This document shows, piece after piece, positions 19,307-28,471 of a DNA stretch of 64,000 nt; the stretch's first letter is position 1; each line of letters starts with the position of its first letter. The notes beneath the pieces were generated by a model that was not told where the DNA came from, searched no databases, and saw nothing but the letters and a program-made list of their open reading frames with translations. This DNA comes from an uncultured cyanobacterium. GTDB taxonomy: Bacteria > Cyanobacteriota > Cyanobacteriia > Pseudanabaenales > Pseudanabaenaceae. The translations under genes were made by a program, and so were the position numbers. Location: assembly GCA_963703315.1 (NCBI GenBank), contig OY969811.1, positions 2,656,001 through 2,720,000 on the forward strand, in the 5' to 3' direction.

Positions 19307-22009
19307 ATGAGTCGCTCGCATTGGTTAAAACGTTTGTCAAGTGTCATACACAATGCGAGTTTTAGTGCAATTACTATAACTCTAGTATTTGTTTCAATAT
19401 TCGTATTGAGCATTGCAGTTTTTTCGCCAACTCCTGTCATATCTTCAGCAAAACTAGGACAGGAATTATCAGACTCCTCCAATATCATTAATCTTAGCGA
19501 TCGCCAAGAATTTTATAACCTAAACAGGAATTTAAGATTTTTAGAAGACAAAAACAAGAACTTTACCATAGAGCAAGTTAGTAGTCCCGAATTTAGTCAG
19601 CAATTTCAACCTAGCAAAATTGATCCGCCTAACTTTGGTTACACCTCGTCAGCCTATTGGGCAAGATTGCAGGTGCAAAACCCAAGCGATCGCGATATAG
19701 CATGGATTCTCTCCGTCGAACATCCACATCTTGACCATATTTCGCTTTACTTGACTGATGCTCAAGACAAATGGACAGTTAAAACGACAGGGGTACTATA
19801 TCCATTTTCTTCACGGGAAATTCGCGATCGCCTTCCTGCATTTCATATTAATGTTGCGGCTCAAACCAGTCAAAATATTTATTTACGCTTTCAAAGCGAA
19901 ACTCCGATCATTGCCAAAGTCTGCTTGCGAAGTCCGACTAACTTCTGGCAATACCGCACCGATCAAAATATCTGGCTGGGATTGATGATCGGAATTTTAG
20001 CATTTGCAATTCTTTACAATCTGTTTTTATTTGCAGTCTTAAAGGAACAAGTTTATCTGTGTTATAGCCTATTCGTGTTTGGAATATTATTAGCTTCTAT
20101 TAGTTACGATGGAATTGGCAAGCAATATCTATGGCAAGACTGGATTTGGTGGAGTAAATATTCTTCTGCAATTATGCTACTTATTGGCTTAACCAGCCTT
20201 CTAGAGGCAGCTAGCCTATTTTTGGAAGTTCAAACTCAACACCCAAAATGGCATTACCTTTTGCGCGTCCATCAAGTATTGCTAATAATGATATGTTTTG
20301 GCTTTTTGGTATTACCCTACAAATTAGTATCGATAACCGCAATAATCATAAGTATCTCTAGCTGTAGTTTGGCATTTATTTTAGGAATCATCTCTCATTT
20401 AAGAGGCTATAAACCTGCTCTCTACTATTTACTGTCATTCTCTAGTTTTTTGCTAGGAGTTATGACCTATTTATTATCAATAATTGCAATCATTCCTCCC
20501 TATGAATGGATTAAAGATATCTATCGCATCGGTATGGTTGCGTTTGTGATTTTCTTGTCCTTAGTCCTAGCAGATCGGATTAACTTTTTAAAATTAGAAA
20601 AATTTCAAGAGCAACGGCTCGCGCTCAAGGAAAAAGACGGACTTAATCAAAGCTTACAGCGATCGCAAGAGCAGTTATTAGAGAGAGAAAAACAACTGGA
20701 ATATGATGTGCTTCATGATGCCCTTACAGGTTTAGCAAACCGTACTTGGCTAACGCAGCGTTTGCAAGACTTGCTGCAACAACAGGAGAAGTTTGCGATT
20801 CTTTTTATCGATCTTGATCGGTTTAAAGTGATCAACGATAGTTTAGGACATCTCGTTGGCGATGAATTACTTAGACACGCTACTAGACGGATGCAGTTGA
20901 TTTTGCCAGAGTTCGGTACATTAACCAGATTTGGTGGCGATGAATTTGTGATCTTGATGGAGGAATATATCGATCTTGAAAGTCTGACCGAACTTGCAGA
21001 TCTGCTGCAAATGCAGTTACAACTACCTTTCAATCTCCACAATTATGAACTCTTTATTAGTGCCAGTTTAGGAATTACCTTAGCCACTGAAGAATATACG
21101 CAACCCGATGAAATGTTGAGGGATGCTGATCTAGCGATGTATCAGGCAAAGCATAAGGGTAGAGGACGCTATGAGCTATTTACTCAAAGCGATCGCACTG
21201 CGGCAATGACTAGATTAAATCTAGAACGTGATCTCCGCCGTGCCTTAGACAAACATGAATTCTATTTAATGTATCAACCGATTGTGTCTCTGCAAACGCA
21301 GCAACTCTGTGGATTTGAAGCCCTTGTGCGCTGGGAAAATAGTGCAGGTAAGCATATCCCTCCCAATGAATTTATTCCCATCACTGAAGAAACAGGCTTA
21401 ATTAATTCGCTAGGTTGGTGGATTATGCACGAAGCTTGTCAGCAAATACAAATCTGGAATCAGCAATTAAATAATCTAAATAATACGAATTTATCGATCA
21501 ATGTAAATGTATCGCCGATCCAACTACGTCAATTTGATTTTGTGAAAACTCTCCAGCGCATATTGATAGAAACTGGTTTACCAAATCATTGTCTCAAGCT
21601 GGAAATTACCGAAAGCTGTCTACTCGAAAATATCGACTCCGATACCAATCTGCTACAGGATCTCAAAGACTTGGGTATCAAATTATGTATCGATGACTTT
21701 GGAACTGGCTATTCTTCTCTAAGTCGCTTGCATGAGTTACCCATCGATACTCTCAAAATCGATCAGTCCTTTGTTAATCGCATCGGTTCAGACTTAGATA
21801 GTACCGTCATCATCGAGACGATTATCTCCCTATCGCAAAGCTTAAATATGTATACTGTCGCTGAGGGGATCGAGACGCGATCGCAACTAGACAAATTAAT
21901 CACACTCGGTTGTAATTCTGGTCAGGGCTATCTTTTCTCTAGACCATGCGATCTGGCTACCGCTTCTAAACTTTTGCAAAGCGGGTTGATATGTGCGATC
22001 GATTGTTGA
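19307..22009 (+). CDS. 7TMR-DISM sensor GGDEF-EAL protein
   Basis: DISMED2 NFGYTSSAYW, 7 TM segments, RFGGDEF, EALVRW, DDFGTGYSS. Confidence 0.92.
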   Translation: MSRSHWLKRLSSVIHNASFSAITITLVFVSIFVLSIAVFSPTPVISSAKLGQELSDSSNIINLSDRQEFYNLNRNLRFLEDKNKNFTIEQVSSPEFSQQFQPSKIDPPNFGYTSSAYWARLQVQNPSDRDIAWILSVEHPHLDHISLYLTDAQDKWTVKTTGVLYPFSSREIRDRLPAFHINVAAQTSQNIYLRFQSETPIIAKVCLRSPTNFWQYRTDQNIWLGLMIGILAFAILYNLFLFAVLKEQVYLCYSLFVFGILLASISYDGIGKQYLWQDWIWWSKYSSAIMLLIGLTSLLEAASLFLEVQTQHPKWHYLLRVHQVLLIMICFGFLVLPYKLVSITAIIISISSCSLAFILGIISHLRGYKPALYYLLSFSSFLLGVMTYLLSIIAIIPPYEWIKDIYRIGMVAFVIFLSLVLADRINFLKLEKFQEQRLALKEKDGLNQSLQRSQEQLLEREKQLEYDVLHDALTGLANRTWLTQRLQDLLQQQEKFAILFIDLDRFKVINDSLGHLVGDELLRHATRRMQLILPEFGTLTRFGGDEFVILMEEYIDLESLTELADLLQMQLQLPFNLHNYELFISASLGITLATEEYTQPDEMLRDADLAMYQAKHKGRGRYELFTQSDRTAAMTRLNLERDLRRALDKHEFYLMYQPIVSLQTQQLCGFEALVRWENSAGKHIPPNEFIPITEETGLINSLGWWIMHEACQQIQIWNQQLNNLNNTNLSINVNVSPIQLRQFDFVKTLQRILIETGLPNHCLKLEITESCLLENIDSDTNLLQDLKDLGIKLCIDDFGTGYSSLSRLHELPIDTLKIDQSFVNRIGSDLDSTVIIETIISLSQSLNMYTVAEGIETRSQLDKLITLGCNSGQGYLFSRPCDLATASKLLQSGLICAIDC

Positions 22010-22026
22010 AGATTCTGTTGGTGTTC

Positions 22027-22139
22027 TATAGCAAAGTAAGAGTTGGTTAGTACAAATAAAAAAACAAGAAGCGAGTTACGGAGCGCCGCGCCGCAACTCG
22101 CTTCTTGTTTTTTTGTATAGCAAAGCTTTTTTGCTATAC
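22027..22139. repeat. MITE-like repeat (TATAGC...GCTATA ends, internal hairpin)
   Basis: AGTTGGTTAGTACAAA + CAAGAAGCGAGT...ACTCGCTTCTTG, closely matching the copy at 43513-43610. Confidence 0.75.
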
Positions 22140-22370
22140 AAAAAACTATTGTAAAAAGTAAGATTTATGCGTAGACTTGAAAAAGCTTATAATCTCTTTT
22201 GAGGAATAGAGTTTAGCTTCTTTTGTTGTTTTTTCTTTGCAACATTAGTGTAGCCAATTGTTTGAGATAAATTTGTAAATTAGCGCATAAACCTAAACGT
22301 GGGATATTAAGGATCTAAAGCAAGTCCTAGTTTTTTGAACCTTCCCCTCATCTTAACCATATCATAACCT

Positions 22371-23279
22371 ATGAAACGGCGCAAACTTTTTTTCTACTCT
22401 CTGCTTTTATTTGGATTTGGTTGCGCCAATATTCCACAACCAAATCAAACTATTTCACAAGATACGACCTCTTCTAGCATTAAGAGACCGCAAAAACTAC
22501 GCTTTGCCGTCTCTGATGTAAAGGGAATAGAAGACCTCAAAAAAGATTACGAAACCTTGCGATCGCTTTTAGAAAAGATTCTGGAACTGCCAGTTGAGTT
22601 TTTTCCCGTAGATAGCTATATTGCGGCGGCGGCAGCACTGCAACAGGATCAAGTCGATCTAGTTTTTACTGGACCTTCTGAATATGTGGTCATGCGGGCG
22701 CGCACAAATGCTTTGTTGATTGGTGGCATTCAGCGCGATCGTTACTATCCAGTTTTTGTCACACGAGACAATAGCGAACTAAAGACCATCAAGGATTTGA
22801 AAGGCAAGAAAATAGCCATGTGGGAAGTTGGCTCGACCAGTGGATATCTAGGACCTATTAAATTACTGATTGATGCTGGCATCGATCCTAAAACTGATGT
22901 CAAAATTGAGTTGCTAGGTAAAAAAGGACTACCTGCCCTAAAAGATAGTGAAGTAGATGTTTGGGCAGGTTCTATCCGTCGCTATGACACATTTTTAGAG
23001 AAAGAAAAAGCCGTAGAAAGTAAATTCCCGATTCTTGCTCAAGGCTCAGCTTTTCCTCCCGATCCATTTGTAGTAAATAGCAAACTAGATGCGGGCTGGG
23101 TAAAAGAAATGCAACAAAAATTGTTTCAAAATCAAGAGCAGGTTTTAAAAGCGATCGTAGCAGCAGACGGCGACAAATTTACCAAAGCCAAATTAGTGGA
23201 AGTTAAAGACTCTGACTATGAGGTAATTCGTGATGCCTATAGAGCGATTGGACAAGGTTCATTTATACAAAAAAATTAG
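22371..23279 (+). CDS. PhnD-like phosphate/phosphonate-binding lipoprotein
   Basis: Lipobox-like FGFGC, DLKGKKIA..GSTSGYL, DSDYEVIR. Confidence 0.8.
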   Translation: MKRRKLFFYSLLLFGFGCANIPQPNQTISQDTTSSSIKRPQKLRFAVSDVKGIEDLKKDYETLRSLLEKILELPVEFFPVDSYIAAAAALQQDQVDLVFTGPSEYVVMRARTNALLIGGIQRDRYYPVFVTRDNSELKTIKDLKGKKIAMWEVGSTSGYLGPIKLLIDAGIDPKTDVKIELLGKKGLPALKDSEVDVWAGSIRRYDTFLEKEKAVESKFPILAQGSAFPPDPFVVNSKLDAGWVKEMQQKLFQNQEQVLKAIVAADGDKFTKAKLVEVKDSDYEVIRDAYRAIGQGSFIQKN

Positions 23280-23318
23280 ATGAAACCATCAATAAAAATA
23301 AGTATATAGAACTAAATC

Positions 23319-25154
23319 ATGAGTCATTCTCTCTCAAATAACACTGATAATCTTTCTCCAACTTTACTTGAGAATGATCAAACCAAGCATCACTCTGCTT
23401 TTAGTAATTGGTGGCAACAACGCATTTTAAGCTTGAGTACTTCTCAAAAAATTGCCTATGGATATGGAATCGCAATTGGTATTTCAGTCATAGGAACAAC
23501 AATTGGACTAGTTGTCGGTGACCATTACCATCATCAGGCAGGGAAACAAGCAGAGATCGCTCAGAAACAAAAAGATTTGCTTACTCAATTAGATAGGGAA
23601 GTTTTAGCCCTACGATCTCACCCTCAACGACTAATGAGAGTGTTTGGTGATGCGATTTGGTTTGATTTTGAGCGGTCTAGCTTTCTGGGGTATGTTAGCC
23701 GCATCAAAGCCCTTTCATCCGAGCTTAATGCCTTTATTTCATTGCATCCTCGTAATCTAGCGGTAGAGGCTCCCGAATTGCAAAATCTAGCCCAGAATTA
23801 CATCACAAGTACATCGGACTATACGACATGGATAGAATCTTTTTGGCGACAAGTCAATCCCGGAAACCTGCGACCCCAAGAGATTCAAACTGCTCAACAG
23901 AACTTACTCCAATCTATGCGGACGCAAACAGCCCTTGCAGTAGAGGTAAAGTTTGAACGCTTAGCTGAAGATCTCAGCCGCATTATTCAGATTGCTCAAG
24001 CTCAACAAAATCAAGCGGAAAAGCAACTTGAATCGTCTGAGGTATTACGAATGCAAATACTAATAGTGAGTATGTTAGTATCAATTTTAATTGCTACAGC
24101 ACTTGCTTGGTATACTAGTCGCGCGATCGCCAAACCCATTGAAGCCACAACCCAAATCGCCCAACGTGTTACTCAAGAATCTCGTTTCGATCTACAAGTG
24201 CTTGTAACCTCAAAAGATGAAGTTGGTTTACTAGCCGTGTCACTCAATCAATTAATTACTTGGGTAGGTAAATACACGCAAGAATTGCAAAACAAAAACA
24301 ATGAATTAGCTACTGCTCTCAAGCAAGTGAAAATCATCCAAAAACAGATGGTTGTGCAGGAAAAGCTAGCTTCTTTAGGTAACTTAACCGCAGGTATTGC
24401 CCATGAAATTAGAAATCCATTAAACTTTATTAACAATTTTGCCGACCTTTCTAAAGAACTTACCCAAGAACTGAAGACAGTCATAGATCAAAATCAACCT
24501 AAACTAAGTGCTGAGGATTTTGCCTATCTTCAAGAACTGTTAACCGATCTAGAGCAAAACGTGACTATCATCAATCATCACGGACAAAGAGCCGAAAGTA
24601 TTGTTAGTAATATGCTGTTGCATTCTAGCGGTGGGGAAGGAAAGCGAGAAGCCACAGATATTAATAAATTACTGGCTGAATCAGTTAATCTTTCTTATCA
24701 CGGAATGCGAGCTAAGGATACCACTTTCAATGTCAAGATTGAAAGCAATTATGACGATATGATTGGTTTTATAGAAATAATTCCACAGGATTTAAATCGT
24801 GTATTTCTGAATATTATTAATAATGCTTGTTATGCAGTTCATCAAAAGCAGATCCAATCAAATGAAACCTTTTCGCCTTTATTACGCATCCAAACTAAAA
24901 ACTTAGATCAGCAGATAGAAATTCGGATTTATGATAATGGTGGAGGTGTACCTTCTAGCGTGATGGAGAAAATTTTTAATCCGTTCTTTACTACCAAACC
25001 TCCGGGCGAAGGAACGGGATTAGGTTTATCCTTAAGTCATGATATTGTCGTGCAGAAGCATCAGGGAGAAATAAAGATAGAAACCCAAGAAGGTAGTTAT
25101 ACAGAATTTATAATTATACTTCCAAAAACATTAAATACATTAGTTATAGATTAA
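23319..25154 (+). CDS. Membrane HAMP sensor histidine kinase
   Basis: Two TM segments, HAMP DEVGLLA, H-box [26 protein letters not shown]. Confidence 0.92.
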   Translation: MSHSLSNNTDNLSPTLLENDQTKHHSAFSNWWQQRILSLSTSQKIAYGYGIAIGISVIGTTIGLVVGDHYHHQAGKQAEIAQKQKDLLTQLDREVLALRSHPQRLMRVFGDAIWFDFERSSFLGYVSRIKALSSELNAFISLHPRNLAVEAPELQNLAQNYITSTSDYTTWIESFWRQVNPGNLRPQEIQTAQQNLLQSMRTQTALAVEVKFERLAEDLSRIIQIAQAQQNQAEKQLESSEVLRMQILIVSMLVSILIATALAWYTSRAIAKPIEATTQIAQRVTQESRFDLQVLVTSKDEVGLLAVSLNQLITWVGKYTQELQNKNNELATALKQVKIIQKQMVVQEKLASLGNLTAGIAHEIRNPLNFINNFADLSKELTQELKTVIDQNQPKLSAEDFAYLQELLTDLEQNVTIINHHGQRAESIVSNMLLHSSGGEGKREATDINKLLAESVNLSYHGMRAKDTTFNVKIESNYDDMIGFIEIIPQDLNRVFLNIINNACYAVHQKQIQSNETFSPLLRIQTKNLDQQIEIRIYDNGGGVPSSVMEKIFNPFFTTKPPGEGTGLGLSLSHDIVVQKHQGEIKIETQEGSYTEFIIILPKTLNTLVID

Positions 25155-25179
25155 ACTATGGATTTTGGAGAAAAGTCTG

Positions 25180-25551
25180 ATGAAAATCATGGTGATTGAT
25201 GATGAGAAAGATATTGAACCATTGTTTAAGCAAAAGTTTAGAAAAGAAATAAGAGCAGGACAGATAGAATTATTATTTAAGTTTTCGGCTGAATCTGCTC
25301 TAGAATACTTACGAAGTGAAGTTACTCCTTCAGTTGTGATGATCTTATCTGACATCAATATGCCTGGAATGAATGGACTAGAGCTTTTAAAAGTGATTAA
25401 ACAGGAATTTGCCACCTTAAAGGTAGTGATGATTACGGCTTATACAGATGAACATAACTATCAAACTGCGATCGCTAATGGAGCTGACGACTTTATTAGT
25501 AAACCTCTTAACTTTGAACATCTCAAAGCAAAAATTATACTTAATTTGTAG
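25180..25551 (+). CDS. Single-domain response regulator
   Basis: MVIDDE, LSDINMPGMNG, FISKP; start 25180 (ATG) or 25165. Confidence 0.92.
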   Translation: MKIMVIDDEKDIEPLFKQKFRKEIRAGQIELLFKFSAESALEYLRSEVTPSVVMILSDINMPGMNGLELLKVIKQEFATLKVVMITAYTDEHNYQTAIANGADDFISKPLNFEHLKAKIILNL

Positions 25552-25663
25552 TTTTTATCATTAAATATATCTAGTAGAAGCATGGTAGGTATATTTAAAT
25601 CTTAGTTTAAAATCTGAAATCTAAAATAGTATACCTACTACCTAAGCAATCAAGTCCAAATTT

Positions 25664-26968
25664 ATGCCAGCTAAAGTTTTATTTGTAGATGATGAGCCTG
25701 ATATGGAAACTTTAATTTCTCAGAGATTGAGAAAAAAAACGCGATCAGGAGAATTAGAATTGGTTTTCGCTCAACATGGCAAGCTGGCATTGGAAGTATT
25801 ACAAAAACATCCTGATGTTGATGTGGTGATGACTGATCTCAATATGCCTGTGATGGATGGTTTGGCTTTGCTGGCTGAACTTAAAGCAAATTATCCTTTA
25901 CTAGCCACCATCGTTATATCTGCCTATAGCGATATGAAAAACATCAGAACAGCTATGAATTGCGGCGCGTTTGATTTTCTCACTAAGCCTATCGAATCAC
26001 AAGATTTGGAGTTAACGTTAGAACGCTCTTTATCCTATGTGGCAAAATCTAAAGCTGACTTACAGATTAAACAAATGCAGGAAGCAGAGCTAAGAAAATC
26101 AGAAGCCTACGCCAAAGAGAAAGCACTGCAATTATCTCAAACATTAGAGCAACTGGAACAAACGCAATTGCAGCTAGTCCAAAATGAAAAAATGTCTGTA
26201 TTAGGGCAAATGATTGCAGGAGTTGCCCATGAGATGAATAATCCGATTAATTTCTTATCGGGAAATTTAAAGTATATTCGTGAGTATGCCCAAGATTTAG
26301 TTAATCTGATTAAACTTTATCAGCAAAGTTATCCCGAACCAACTGAAATAATTAAAGCGACTATTGAGAAGATCGAGTTGGATTTTTTGATGCAAGACTT
26401 GCTAAAAACAACTGATTCTATGCAAGTAGGATCGGAACGAATTCAACGATTAGTTGTCTCATTACGCAATTTTTCGCGATTGGATGACTCATTAGTTAAT
26501 GATATAGATTTACATGAGGGAATTGAGAGCACTTTGCTAATTATAAGTAATAGAATTAAACAAGGAATTTCTATTTCCAAGCAGTATGGTACATTACCTA
26601 AAATTGAGTGTTATCCATCTCAACTCAATCAAGTATTTATGAATCTTTTAGGGAATGCAATTGATGCACTGTTAAGTCAGCCTAGGGAATCTGAAAAAAT
26701 AATTGTGATTCGTACAGAAGTTAATAATGAACAGGTGTCTATTTGTATTTGTGATAATGGTCCAGGTATTCCTAGTGAGAATAAAGATAAAATCTTTCAG
26801 CCTTTCTTTACTACGAAATCAGTGGGACAAGGTACTGGACTAGGATTACCAATTTGTCGCCAAATTATTGAAAAACATCAAGGTACTTTAGAGATGATAT
26901 CTGAACCTAATGAAGGGACAGAATTTGTGATTACGTTACCTATAAAGTTTAATAAACAAATTAACTAA
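25664..26968 (+). CDS. Receiver-histidine kinase hybrid
   Basis: N-terminal REC (VDDE, TDLNMP), H-box AHEMNNP, PFFTTKSVGQGTGLGL. Confidence 0.92.
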   Translation: MPAKVLFVDDEPDMETLISQRLRKKTRSGELELVFAQHGKLALEVLQKHPDVDVVMTDLNMPVMDGLALLAELKANYPLLATIVISAYSDMKNIRTAMNCGAFDFLTKPIESQDLELTLERSLSYVAKSKADLQIKQMQEAELRKSEAYAKEKALQLSQTLEQLEQTQLQLVQNEKMSVLGQMIAGVAHEMNNPINFLSGNLKYIREYAQDLVNLIKLYQQSYPEPTEIIKATIEKIELDFLMQDLLKTTDSMQVGSERIQRLVVSLRNFSRLDDSLVNDIDLHEGIESTLLIISNRIKQGISISKQYGTLPKIECYPSQLNQVFMNLLGNAIDALLSQPRESEKIIVIRTEVNNEQVSICICDNGPGIPSENKDKIFQPFFTTKSVGQGTGLGLPICRQIIEKHQGTLEMISEPNEGTEFVITLPIKFNKQIN

Positions 26969-26970
26969 GG

Positions 26971-27024
26971 AATGGTCGTAATTGGGTGGACTTACCTAAA
27001 GACCTAGCACCATACTCCCCAGTA
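26971..27024 (+). pseudogene. IS5-family transposase remnant
   Basis: Reads NGRNWVDLPKDLAPYSPV versus NGCNWADLPKDLPPYSTV in the intact IS5 at 48762-49604. Confidence 0.7.
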
Positions 27025-27042
27025 TTAAGAACCTCTAGCGGC

Positions 27043-27215
27043 GTGGAACCCGATACGCTTTTGCAAGATGGTGATGAAGTGGCTTTAATTCCGCCAGTTA
27101 TACCAAAACTAAAAATGGCGTAGCCATTTTTAGTTTTGAAAACCCTTACTAGGTTTGGTTTTTAGTTCACAAAAGTGTTGTCACACTTTCGTGAATTGAT
27201 ATTAGTGGGGGATGA
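27043..27215 (+). pseudogene. moaD: MoaD/ThiS sulfur-carrier 3' fragment interrupted by an insertion
   Basis: VEPDTLLQDGDEVALIPPV [101-bp insert + TTA duplication] SGG*; removing the insert restores the PPVSGG C-terminus. Confidence 0.75.
27101..27201. mobile_element. 101-bp MITE with TTA target-site duplication
   Basis: TTA (27098-27100) TACCAA...TTGATA TTA (27202-27204); internal AAAACTAAAAATGGC-GTA-GCCATTTTTAGTTTT hairpin also at 43611-43643. Confidence 0.8.
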
Positions 27216-27503
27216 CAATAATTTAGTCTGTTACTCTACAGCAAACTGAACCATCTATTTCATAGCTATACGGAATCCCGAGTAAAAAAATAAGTTATCG
27301 CTTAGCATAGTCAACTATAGCTGTCGCCAGTCTTGTTAGGACATAAAAGACGAGGGGCGGCGCTTGGCTCCGACACTCATTTCTTGGGTTCTGATTTGAC
27401 GAGCTAAAGCTATAAGGCGAATTTTAACTTGGATATTTTGATACACTGGGGATCGGTTGTCAGCGTAAAATCAAAATCTCTGTCGCTGTGGAATCGGCAA
27501 AAT

Positions 27504-28394
27504 ATGCAAATCGATCAATGCTATAAACTCTTCGGTTTGACATCTAATGCGACTTTAGAAGATGTCAACAAAGCTTACAAAGCTTTAGCTCTGCAATGGC
27601 ATCCCGATCGCATTCCTAGAGAAAATGTGCAACTCCAACTGCAAGCGCAAGAAAAACTCAAAGAAATTAATCACGCCAGAGATAGCTTACGCAAGGCGGC
27701 TGAAGACAACGAATCACGCCGACAAACCAAGTCTACCTATCAAAGTTCTCACAGTTCCCATCAAAATTCCCATCAAAATCCTCGCCAATATCATCACCAC
27801 CAAACTCGATATCAAAGTAGGTATCAGAGCGCAAGCACATCTCAATCGCAACAACAAACTTCTCAACAAACCTCTGAAAGCTACCGTTCACAACAATCTC
27901 AATCTCAATCCCAGTCCCAGTCCTATCAGTCTTACCAGTCGCGTCAGCAATCTAGTAAACAACCAAATTATCAGCCCGATCCCTACAGAACACCACAACA
28001 TGCTAGTCAAGCTTCTACACAGCCCCAAAAGCCTGATCTGAGTGGCTCAGACTTTCAGGGAGCTAATCTCCGCGAAAAGTATCTAGAAGGGCGTAATCTG
28101 AGCTATGCCAATCTCAGTAATGCTGACCTGACCGATGCTTTTTTGCATCGTATTAATTTGCAAGGGGCAAATCTCCAAGGGGCAAACCTATTTCGGGCGA
28201 ATCTATTTCAGGCAAATTTGCAAAATGCAGATCTGCGCGGAGCTAATTTGATTGGGGCGGATTTAAGTGGGGCAGATTTAAGTGGGGCAAATTTAGAGGG
28301 TGCAAAGGTGGGGTTTGGAGAAAAAATTATGGTTAAGCTTACCAATGTCAACTTGACAGGGGCAACAATGCCTAATGGCTCCATGTACCATTAA
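27504..28394 (+). CDS. J-domain + Q/S-rich linker + pentapeptide-repeat protein
   Basis: HPD motif (QWHPDR), A(N/D)LxG pentapeptide repeats at C-terminus; ATG 27504 preferred over TTG 27429. Confidence 0.88.
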   Translation: MQIDQCYKLFGLTSNATLEDVNKAYKALALQWHPDRIPRENVQLQLQAQEKLKEINHARDSLRKAAEDNESRRQTKSTYQSSHSSHQNSHQNPRQYHHHQTRYQSRYQSASTSQSQQQTSQQTSESYRSQQSQSQSQSQSYQSYQSRQQSSKQPNYQPDPYRTPQHASQASTQPQKPDLSGSDFQGANLREKYLEGRNLSYANLSNADLTDAFLHRINLQGANLQGANLFRANLFQANLQNADLRGANLIGADLSGADLSGANLEGAKVGFGEKIMVKLTNVNLTGATMPNGSMYH

Positions 28395-28471
28395 TACCAA
28401 AAACGGCTACGCCGTTTTTGGTATGGTTTTCAAGAATAGGAATGGCGGCGTGAAACGCCGCCATTCCTATT
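28394..28471. terminator. Two hairpins between convergent genes
   Basis: ATACCAAAAACGGC-TAC-GCCGTTTTTGGTAT and AATAGGAATGGCGGCG-TGAAA-CGCCGCCATTCCTATT. Confidence 0.7.

Noticed and set aside
25583..25638. GTAGGTATA...TATACCTAC inverted repeat between the regulator genes
   Set aside because: Only 9-bp arms in AT-rich DNA with no second copy in the window; function cannot be supported.
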